A DNA stretch of 60,251 nucleotides from a virus (taxonomy: Duplodnaviria; Caudoviricetes), in IMG/VR virus record IMGVR_UViG_3300032257_000013, positions 1 to 60,251 of that record; one strand, 5' to 3'. Position numbers and translations under genes: made by a program. Within the stretch, counting starts at the first letter, position 1, and every line of letters begins with the position of its first letter. Positions 18,324-29,000 of the stretch are shown here, one piece after another. The notes under the pieces were generated by a model. It did no database searches, was not told the origin of the DNA, and worked only from the letters and a program-made list of their open reading frames with translations.

Positions 18324-18542
18324 ATGCTCCCTGAGATCGTACCATTTCAAGACCTTCAAGAGCTGTCCGATTATCGTAAGCCTATGTATGTCAGAAAGTG
18401 GCTGGATAATCTCAAAGTGCCTTATGCTGTATCGAGGAATGGACTACCCCGCGTTCACAGATTGGCATTAGCCAACGCATTAGGGGTTAAGGCTGTGGAA
18501 CCGGCCAGTAATGAGCCAGATTTTGATAAATGGGAAGGTTGA
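18324..18542 (+). CDS. Excisionase-like protein (DUF4224-type)
   Basis: ELSDYRKP...KWL...VPY....G.PRV, EPDF tail; immediately upstream of int. Confidence 0.75.
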   Translation: MLPEIVPFQDLQELSDYRKPMYVRKWLDNLKVPYAVSRNGLPRVHRLALANALGVKAVEPASNEPDFDKWEG

Positions 18543-18550
18543 TATAGATT

Positions 18551-19546
18551 ATGTCCACTATGGGCCGCCAAAAAACAGTCAATCATAACCTTCCGCCGCG
18601 CATGTTTCCGCGAAATGGAAAGAAACAGACCACCTACTATTACCGGCCATCCTTGGGTGATCGAACTCCAATTAATCTAGGACACAACTACGAAAAAGCG
18701 CTAAAGAAGTGGGCGGAGATCGAAGGTGACACCCCGGCGCCAGATAATCCGCAGACATTTAACGAAGTGTCTCAGTGCTATTTTAGGGACATTGTGCCAA
18801 ATAAATCGCCAGCAACACAGAAAGATAACTTCAGAGAACTCAAGAAGTTAAATGAGATATTTAAATATATTTTACTGGACAATATCAAGCCCAAACACGT
18901 CCGAATGTATATGACCAAGCGAAAAGCCAAGGTCAGGGCTAACCGCGAAAAAGCCTTACTCTCCCATATTATTAATTACGCCCGCGAGCATGGCTACTCA
19001 GACAAGCCAAATCCATGCGCAGGCATCCGTGGAAACAAGGAAAAAGGTCGCGATAAGTACGTGACAGACGCAGAATTCAAGAGCCTGTATGAGTGTGCAC
19101 ACCCTGCCCTACAAGACGTTCTTGACCTGATGCTATTCACCGGCCAGCGTCCGGCAGACTGTTTAAAAATGACCCGAGCAGATATCCGAGAAGGTGCATT
19201 ATGGGTAAAACAGAACAAAACCGGCCATAAACTAGGCATCAACATTACTGGTGAGTTTGCCAAAGCTATTGATCGCATACTGTCCAGGGAAAGGTCAGTA
19301 CCAAGCATGTACCTGGTGGCAGATGATAACGGTCAACCGCTATCTTATTGGACGCTGACCAGTCGATTCAAGAAGGCTCGCAAGGGTTCTGGCGTCGATT
19401 TCCAAATGAGAGATATTCGGGCAAAAAGCGCAACCGACACAGGAAACTTGGAAACAGCCAAGCAACGTCTTGGACATTCTACCGTTGTCATGACTGAGCA
19501 TTATGTGAAAAACCGTAAAGGTGAGCGCGTGGGGCCGCTGAAATGA
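18551..19546 (+). CDS. int: Tyrosine integrase
   Basis: TGQR, QNKT, RDIRAK, LGHS, T.HY catalytic motifs. Confidence 0.94.
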   Translation: MSTMGRQKTVNHNLPPRMFPRNGKKQTTYYYRPSLGDRTPINLGHNYEKALKKWAEIEGDTPAPDNPQTFNEVSQCYFRDIVPNKSPATQKDNFRELKKLNEIFKYILLDNIKPKHVRMYMTKRKAKVRANREKALLSHIINYAREHGYSDKPNPCAGIRGNKEKGRDKYVTDAEFKSLYECAHPALQDVLDLMLFTGQRPADCLKMTRADIREGALWVKQNKTGHKLGINITGEFAKAIDRILSRERSVPSMYLVADDNGQPLSYWTLTSRFKKARKGSGVDFQMRDIRAKSATDTGNLETAKQRLGHSTVVMTEHYVKNRKGERVGPLK

Positions 19547-19549
19547 GCA

Positions 19550-19636
19550 TGGTGCCTAGGGCCGGAATCGAACCGGCACGACCTTTGGGTCGGCAGATTT
19601 TAAGTCTGCTGCGTCTACCAGTTCCGCCACCCAGGC
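19550..19636 (-). tRNA. tRNA-Leu (anticodon UAA), full length with encoded CCA
   Basis: GCCTGGG..GCAGA-CTTAAAA-TCTGC, long variable arm CGACC-CAAA-GGTCG, GGTTCGATTCC, CCTAGGC-A-CCA. Confidence 0.95.
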
Positions 19637-19640
19637 ATAA

Positions 19641-19847
19641 TTTTGGTAACAACTTTATATTTTTGGTAACAAATTTAACCGTAACTATTTGTTTTTAAAG
19701 CCTTTATTTTCATTAAAAAGGGATTTTAAGTCCTGTCGTATTTTGATAAATATCATACTGTTACGTCATTTTTGTTACCAAAAGACTGAAATGCGAAACG
19801 CTTTTATCTCAATAAGTTATGAAGGGGCTAGTGAATTTTGGCTACAT
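19641..19847. mobile_element. attP: arm-type repeats around a tRNA-Leu anticodon-arm core
   Basis: TTTTGGTAACAA at 19641 and 19661, inverted at 19772-19783, variant at 19836; core AGGGATTTTAAGTCC 19719-19733; IHF-like TATCATACTGTTA 19751-19763. Confidence 0.7.
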
Positions 19848-19949
19848 TTTTTGGAGAGTAAAATACGAGTCACAAACTACCAATTCAGCATCAATTAGCA
19901 ACAGCCCTCGCTATTGACCCCAAGCATCAGGTCGGAGTAGCATCAAGCA

Positions 19950-20090
19950 ATGGAGATAACCCTTACAGAGATTGTCGCCCTCATGCTAATGTGGGTCTTG
20001 CTTTATGGTGCCATCCGATTATTTGAAAAGTTTATGGCCGGCGACTTCGATCATTTCTTTGGATACCACGATAAAAAAAAGAAACGCTAA
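19950..20090 (+). CDS. 46-aa single-pass membrane peptide (not in ORF track)
   Basis: MEITLTEIVALMLMWVLLYGAIRLFEKFMAGDFDHFFGYHDKKKKR; TTGACC-N18-TAGCAT promoter ends 6 nt before ATG. Confidence 0.55.
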   Translation: MEITLTEIVALMLMWVLLYGAIRLFEKFMAGDFDHFFGYHDKKKKR

Positions 20091-23000
20091 GGCATCACCA
20101 CCTTTTCCCTGTACAGCTTATTAAACTTCGTCATTACCAGATTAATCCTGTCTTCAATAGGCTGAAGCTTCAGCTTTCTCTCTTGATCGGTTAGCTTTTT
20201 GGTATTTTTAATTTGGTTTCGCCTCTTGCGCAGTTTTCTGATCTGGCTTTGGTATTGTTTCGCCCTTCCAATTAATCGATATTGAGCGTTGAATTCATCC
20301 TTAACAGACCGCCTTTTTTCTGGATCTTCACGATAGAATTTAATCTGATTCTCAACAAGGCGGATATCTTCCATATTTTTATAATATGAAGACACCATCC
20401 TTCTTGGGTTTTGAGTACCATACAGCTTGCGAACTAGCGGAACAGTGTACGTTTCAATTTCTTCTTTCTGCAATATCTTAATCGGCGTCGCCACAGTATC
20501 GCCCAGGAACCGGCCAGCACCACCTGTTACCGTGTCATACATCAGGTCGAAAAATTCCGGCGAGATATCAACCGCACCTGGACGCACAGCATCACCACCT
20601 GTTAAAGAGTTAAGCTGCTCAGTAATATAGCGTGACGGCTCACGTACGCTACCCCAATACTTTTGAGAGTTCGGCTTATCTACGCCGAATGGATTATCCG
20701 CAGGACGCAGAGGTCTTCCGGCAAAGTCTTTATTCGTTCCCCATTGAATGAAAGGATCGGTGATTGTTGGTGAAACCATTTGCAAGATTGATTCTTCACC
20801 GCCTATAGGATTAAATGCACCCATTACTGAGCTCAACACACGCATAGCGCCATCGGTAGATTTAAACCCTTTCTTTGACATTGCTTCGCCAAGTACCTGC
20901 CCGGTAACGTGCATTACGTTATAGCCCCACGGCAGTGGAATTTTGAAGTAATCGCCACCAGGACGCATGACAATTAGATTATGCGCTTTAGTGTAATCGG
21001 GTATCTTGTCATAACGTGGCTCGCCATCGTCATCATCGCCGCCCAGCGAACGATTAAGCATGTCGAGCATCACCGCAAAGGCAACAGTCCCGAGCATCAT
21101 CTTGCGAACCTTTGAGCTTTTACGTGCAGCTATAATCAAGCGGACAGAGCCTTGAATCGATGCGTTATAAAACAAGTACAGGGCATTAAGAACCTGACCA
21201 GAATCACCTTTCCGGTTAAAGTTTACTGTCAGCTCTTTGGCGATTCTTGCCGCCTTAGCTTCGCTTATCCCTGCTTTACGAGCATGCACAAAGGTCGATA
21301 AGCGCACCGCATTTTCAACGGCAGTATTTTCATCCTCAATAAACTTCATAAGATTATTGAGGCCACGCTTGATCGTCATTATCTTGCCCGGCTGCATTTC
21401 TCGCAGCAGTTTTTTCAGCTTCGTTTCGCGCTGATCAATATCCCGGTAATGATCCATCCAGCCCGTCTTGCCGCCGGCATCCCTAAATTCACGAAAGTGT
21501 TTAGCCCACGCCTGATCCAGTTTGCCTTTTTGAGCGGAACGAATACCGCGCCATGCTTTACCGACATCCTTGAATATGGCCTTTTTCATATTGGCCGCTT
21601 CAGTGTCATTCAGGTTATAGCCTGCCGTCTGCATGTCTCGCGCAAAGTTAGATATAACAAACTCAGGGTTTGCACTGGTATTCACTAAAGCCAGCCATCG
21701 ATTAACCTTCAATAGCGCATTAACAATTACCCCTGCATCCTGCGCGCCAAGGTTTTTCATTGAGCGCGCAATACGCATCGCATCAACGCTTTTCTCATTA
21801 AAGGTAATGTGATGTTCTTCACCATCAATGCGAACTGACAGCACGTTATCAGCAAGGATATAGCTTGTGTCGGGTCGGTACACGACTAAACCATCTTTAT
21901 CAAAGGTTGCTTTGTAGTCAGGCTTATCAATGGTATACAGCTTCTCATCAGGGTTCGCCTTTACGAAATCCAGCAAGGCTTTGCCTACTTTTGCTTTTTC
22001 CGACCTGATAACGGTGGCTTCGTATTGAGCCACTACCTGGGCAAGAACGTTCGCAACATCAAGATTACTACCTGTCCGACGCTTCGATTTTCCGCGAGTA
22101 TCAAAGCCTTTGCCTTTGCGCGGCATGCCTTTACCCTTGCCTTCACGCTGAAGCGGAATGTAATACTTATAAGCATTCTCCCACGCATCAATTGTTTCAT
22201 TGGCTTCAAGACCTGATTCGCGCAACAGATCACGCCGAGCCTTGGTGATGATATCAACCCGGCTAGCGATATCCTCCAACGCATCCAACTGTCCACGTTC
22301 TTTGAAATCCTTAATAACCTGAACCGCTTCCTCATTAGACATTCCAGAAAGCGCTTCATTATCTTCACGATCAGGGTTAATTTTTTTCAACTGCGCATTA
22401 GCTTCTGGCGCATGCCGGGCATGCAATACTTCACCGATTTCTTCCAGCGACAAATCGGCTTTGTGAATAGCTTCAAGTAGTGGCTGGATATGATCTTCGT
22501 GGAAATCCTCGATCTTTGCCCCGGTCATTCCATGATAGCGAAGCTCTGCCAGGTAAGCGTCTTGATCCTCGAGCAGCTCGTCAACGCCTTGTTTCTTTTC
22601 CGCCTGCCTCTGAACCTTCAGCAATGGCGCGAACTTATCCTGCGCTTTAAATACCAGCGTGTCCCATATTTGTTGGGCGCGAGATTCTTCAGGTAGTGCG
22701 TTGGTGGCGTCTTCTTCAGACTTCCGGCTAAACATAGAAACTGATTCTGATTCAGACTCACTAGCACCCGTCGCCATAAAACGAGTCGCGCCACGCTTGC
22801 TGGCTTTACCACTGCCGGCTTCACGCGCCTTCTTCGCCATATACGCAATATCATTCGCGCCGTACTTTGACGCCAGCTTAGTCAGGCCATGCGAGCGCAG
22901 CCATTCCTTGATGGCCCCGATCAGCTCACGAATCCGCTTCTGGATCGATGGCTTTAATTCGCCTTGATGCGCAATCACTTCCTCAACCAGTATATTTGCT

Positions 23001-26000
23001 CGCTGTTCCTTACTATAGCGTTGCGTTCCGTCTGGAAAAGTCGATGACAAGCCTTCGCGATATGGCTTGAGATCAATACCCAAGTCCTTCGCAATCCGGT
23101 TCAACCCTTTACTGCTACCCATCGCCATGTACAGCTTTCTCATAGCGGCATTAACGCCCTTATTGCCGTATATGACATCCATGCCCCGGTGCGTCAATTC
23201 GTGTAGCAGGACGGTTTCGGCATGCTCTTCGCTTACAATCGCGTCACGAACAAGGTAGACTTTCCCCTTATGGAATACGCCCTCTACATCGCCATCCCCT
23301 GCGTCTTGCTTTTTGGCGTCATCTTGTATCGCCGCCGGAAGATCCCTGAAAGTGTCGACGACCGTTACACCGTCCGCACCTTTGAGGAAGGGGGCGACCC
23401 GATCAATGACCGCATCGAGTTCCACTGCCGCAAGCGGCGTTGATTTTTTCTTGGCGCGGGAAAGCTTAGCCTCTCCAATATCTGCAGACTTCTCAATCAC
23501 CACCATTCGCGCATTCGTGCCAGTATTGACAGGCAAGCTTGTGTCTTGAAATGATCCCTCTGGGAGTTTTTCTTCAGTTCCGCCTACGGATTCCAGCCAT
23601 TCACGAAATGCGGCTGCAGTTTTATCCTTGCCGAAAAAGACACCCTCACCCATTATCGCAACAATTCGACCGCCGGGCTTAAGTTGATCGTAAGCATGCT
23701 GCACATGCTCGGCATCACGACGATCCGAAAAAGGCGGATTCATTATGATTCGATCATAATCACCATCGGTAACATCCATAAAATCATTGCCGACAATATT
23801 AAGCCCCTTGGCCTCAAGAAGCTCACGACGGCTACTGGAAAATTCCACGACATCAGGCTCGACGCCCGCCTCGCGGATTCTCTCTGCGATATGCCCCATA
23901 CCTGCAGATGGCTCAAGCACTGTCATGCCAGGCTCAATCTGAGCAATCTCGACCATCTCATCGGCAACGCTTTCAGGCGTCGGGAAAAAATCAAGACCAT
24001 CCTTAGCCCGGCCAATCATTTTCCGTTCCATTTCTTTAATCTTGTCAGGCTCAGCCGGCGCTTCACGTAAAGCGACAAATTCACGCAGGGCAGAACGAAA
24101 CTCAGCAGGTGTCTCCAGCCCCATGCTATCAAGACGCTTGCGCTTTTCGTAAACGCTCTCGAACTGCCAAGGAACGGTTAGATTATTTTTGCGACGAGCC
24201 TTACCAATAAGCTTCTCAACAAACTCTGGATTCAGCGTAATACGCTTATCATCATCACCATCCCAAATTCCACGTTTCTGCGCTTCAGACGGACTGAGAA
24301 TAATAAGATTTTCGCCACGCTTAAATGGCAACACGATAGCCTGCCCACGATAGCCAGACCGACGGATGGCCTCAGTAGCAGCTGCCTTGCTCTTGAAGGC
24401 CGCTCTATCTCCAGACTTGGTTGAAAACGTTGATACCTTGTTCAAATTCTCTTTGGCAAACTTCAGATATTCCTTTGTTACATCATCCGCAACCTTAAGG
24501 ATTTTCTGGCCAATCAGCTTCATGCCTTCTGTTTCTTGCGCCTGACGACCCAACCTAGCCAAGTCCGAACGGAATGCTGTGTATGTTGGCCACGTTGCGA
24601 AATCAGCCGTTTCTGCATCCGGCGCTTCGCCTTTGCGTTTTACCTGATCCCGGTATTCCGGAAATTTATTTCTGATCTGCTCATCCTTTGCCAAATTCAC
24701 AAAGGTAGACATCATTTCAACTTGTGTTTTTTGTCTGACTCGATCAAGAAACTTAGCTTTCCCGCTTTCAATAGCTGCAGCAATGTTGCGCATAGTTTCC
24801 GACATCGCCTTATCGTAACTAGCGGACGCTTCTGCTCTGGCCGCCATACCGGCACGACGTGAAGTATTAACTTTGCGCTCTTGCCCCAATGACTCGTCGG
24901 CCCGACCTTCAAGACGATCAGCCATTTCATTCAAGCGCTCAACAGCGGATTGCGATCGATCGTCCTCAAACGCATCACGACGCACCTTAGCTTGTTCCTG
25001 CACTGCATCAGTATCGCCAGCACTCACATACTTCTGAAACGCCTCGGCGGACTCTCGCGTCTTAAACTGAAAGCCAGGAACAGCGCCAGTGCCTCGGAAA
25101 CGCGAATACCAACCACCCATTTTTTTGGCAGCAGATAACCATTCTTTATAGATATCACGGTCAACTCGTTCAGCAGTTTGCACCACAAACAAATCATAAT
25201 CATCGCGAGTATGTTTTGTTTCGATAATCTCGGTATCAGTAGTCGCGCCGGCTGAACCCACCCTTGTCCGATCTTCTGCTTTTTTTGCACCCCTTTCTGA
25301 TCTGGTTTTTTCTGCCAACAACGTATCAAATGTAGCCCTCTGCTCGGGCGATAAAGTCATCCGGGCATCCTGAAAGGTTGCTCCTTCTGCCATTTTTATC
25401 CTGACATTGCGAATGTAATCTTCTAATTTCTCAGGGTTTTCAGCTCCTAATTTTGCAGCTTCAAATTCCTTATTTCGCTCATCGCGAGCCTTTATAATTT
25501 CGTCAAAATGCTCAGTAATACTTTCGTCGGTGGCCTTCTCGACACTCTGACGAATAGAGTTAAGCCGTGACTCTTCATAGTTTCCACCGCCAATCATAAA
25601 GCTGACGGAATCACTAAGATTAAACTCGTCAGTAATGCGATCGAATGCGGCCCCAATCACCCTATCCTTTTTCTCGCTTTTGTAGCGATACTCAAGACCA
25701 GAGAAACGTTTGAATATTCCAGGCTTAGTCATGCTGGATATTTCGGAAAGAATACTGTCCTTATTTGCAACAACGGACTCAAAAGCGGATTTAAACTCAT
25801 CAGCTTTAACCTTCCCGTCATATAGGCGCGACTTGAAATCATCAAAGCTTGATAGCGAGTCAACAGCCACCTTTTCCCGTTTGCTAACCGTAACAAGTGA
25901 ATCTGTCTTTCCATCTCCAACAACAGACTCACGATACATGCTCTCACTGATCGTAAAATCCTTGTTCCGGCCTTTGTTTTCTACAAACCCGAACCGTTTA

Positions 26001-29000
26001 TAAAACTTGACTAACCTGCTCCGAGAAGTAACACCCTGGAAGTCGTCGCGCACGGCTGGCGTCAAGATGACCCGAAATCCCTTCTCGTCGGCATACTCAA
26101 CGATACGCTCCATCGCTTGCGTTCCAACACCTTGTTTCCTTTTATCTTTCTCAACAATGATAGTCTGCAACTTCAGGTCGCCTTTTGACGAAAACATGTG
26201 CAATGACTTCAGGCCCAGCTCGGCCTCCAGATTGGTCGCAAATTCATCAACATCGCTATTTACATCTTCATTAACCTTGGGAGTTTCCCGCTTACTAACC
26301 GGAACCGTCACATCTACATCAGGGCGTGCTGCCTTGGGCTTTTCTTCGCGTTTGCTGACCGGTGTGAGGATATCGGGTTTCTTTTTACTGATAGGCTGCT
26401 GTACGCCTTCCATCTTGATTTTTGTTAGCCCACCATCTTTACCTGAGAATTCAACGGCATTAAAAGTGAACACCTGCCCTTCTAGGTCAGTTTTTATTTT
26501 GGCGTACTTTTTCCCGGCACCCTTTTTCACGTAACCGAGCGTGATATGCGGCTTATAATCGGGGAATGTATCTGTATGCTCCAGTGAGTCGGCAATTTTC
26601 TTATTTAGTCGGGTAAGATCTGGGCTGCTGACACGTAACACGACAACATCATTTTCATCATTCTCAAATATTTCAACGCCATCAACAGTCGCGGTGATTT
26701 TCCCCTCACCCTGTAGCGCCTTGGAAAGATCGGTTGAGTCTGACGTATGAAGCCCATATTTGACGGTGATGTGTGGACGCTCTTCTAAACCTTCAGCCGG
26801 ATCTATGTCATTAACATCAATTAACCGCTTGGCGGTTTGGCGCACACGCATCATGTCGTCGCCATCGAGCGCAACCTGAGAAGAGCTATAATCATATTCA
26901 TGGGCGGTAGACGTAGAAACAGCCTCAGAAGTAGTTTCATTATCTGAAAAGTCAATTTGACCGGAATGCTCACGATAAGCGGTATAACCATCGTCGTATG
27001 CGCCCCACTGACTTTCTGGTAGATCTTTGACGTTTTCTTTCTTGTCAGCTTTCGCATCATTCCATCCCGAATAAAATCCCGGCGCATCCACAAGAGAGCG
27101 ATGCTCGCCACGATAATCCTTGATTGCTTTACGTGCCGCTTTATCGATTTTCTGTTTTTTCTGTCCCCCAGAATCAGAAACGGCCTCATCAGAGGCCGCT
27201 TGTTGTGGTGTTTTGGTGGTGGTGTCGGGCGGGGATTTATCAATTTCCTGAGCATTGATAGATGTTGATTGATTTGGCTCAGTTTTGAGTATGTTATTTT
27301 CCGTTTCAGGCGACACAACGGGTTTTGTGTCTGACTGCTTAGACACAACATCTTCAATATCAACCTGATTGTTGGCTTGCTCGCTGAAAAGATCGCCAGC
27401 GATACCCTGATCGGCTGGAACGTCTTTATTGGGGCTGCGCTTTTTATCCTGCGCTACTGCGGCGTCTTTGACTTCTTGGGCTGCTTGGGTGTTGTCTCCA
27501 AGGAGGTCTTTGTCTTCTGTTTGTAACCGCTCTTCTCGTCTTCGATCAGTCGGTCGTGGATCGCCTGCATCCGCTTGCTCTTCAGTTTGCGTGGCTTGAG
27601 GTGCTGCATTGCGTGGCTCCTTCGTGAATTTAATTAATTCTTGTGCAATAGCGTAATCAGATAGACTATCGGTGCGCTCGACCAGGGCATCGTAACCAGC
27701 CGGGTCAAGTTCAAACGCTTCTCTTGCCAAGTCTGCAAGGCTGCGTGTTTCAGCGTCCCATTCAGAATTATACGCCGATTCATCGCTACGGCTACCGGGC
27801 TCGTAATTGATCTCTGGCGAGTCTGCAATTAACTTAGCAATTTCGCCACGCGGTAATGGTTTCGCAATCTTCTGTCTAACTGCTGCCTGAGTATCACGCG
27901 CATAGTCGATATTGTCCGGGCTTGTCCGGTCGGCTTCAACCTGATCGAGCATGTATTCAATAACGCGGATTTCACGCTTACCAAGCAATTTACCTTCAAG
28001 CGCTTTATTAACGGCGCGCTGAGTGTCTTTAACCGAATAACCCGTATCAACCGCCGAACCGTCAACAGCCGGGGCCGTCATATTTTGGAACCATTCAGGG
28101 TTTATGCTGCTCGTCCTGATTGGGTCGTCAACCTGAGTAGCAGGTTTATCTTGATTCATTTCTGAGAACTGGCCGCCAACTAAGGCAATGCCGCCGCCCT
28201 TAGTCAGATCATCCGACATTTGCTGCAAAGGGGCGCGGTAGTCTTCTCTGGCTAAACGTGGGTCTTTCAAATTCGCCGGTAATCGTGCGGCGCGTGAATT
28301 ATCACCCTGCATTTTATCTGCAACCGGGCTTAATGCGTCCGCCATAGCGTTATTAGCCGGCGCTTCCTGATTCAATGCTTGCTGCGCAGTCTCATCAAGT
28401 GGGCGCTCTGAAACAACGTCGAACGGCTCAACAGTTTCAGTCCCCGCATCAACCTTGCCAGGCAAACGATTTTCATCACGCTGCAGCTTATTCAGATAAC
28501 GCGGCTGATCTTGCTGCATCATCATGTCTTCACGCACCTGGGCATCATCTACCGGGGCCGCCTCTCTTTCAGCAAAAGCCGCTTCACGTTCCTGTGCGAT
28601 TTTCTGTTCTTGCGCTTTGGCTTCTCGTGTCGCTAAGATTCGGTCGCGAAGTTTGGCTGTTTTTGGCGAAAGCTGATCAGCTATATCGCGAATGGGAGAT
28701 GTTTGCGGACTTTGATCAGCTGGCTCAAAGGGGTTGCCATCAACCGGGGTTAGCTGAGGTGATGCGTCTGTCTTTTTGCGCGTCAGTACATTAGCCGCAA
28801 TATCGCCCGGCAATCCAAGCGCTTCAAGCAAACCTTCAACAACGACATCAGCCTGGCTGGCTTCTTCCCCAACAACAGCGCTGCGGGCAATCTCGCCTGT
28901 TGCGCCACCTATCATCTGAATAAAGGTCTGCGCTGGAATATTAGTAAACTGGTTTGGGCCAATTTTCCACGGAACCACAGCGGCAGTAAGTGCATCAACA

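Noticed and set aside
19719-19733. Second tRNA gene
   Set aside because: Only the anticodon arm is present, with no D, T or acceptor arms; treated as the att core.
19641-19847. TTTTGGTAACAA repeats as a CRISPR array
   Set aside because: 12 bp, irregular spacing, mixed orientation and no cas genes; they fit integrase arm sites.
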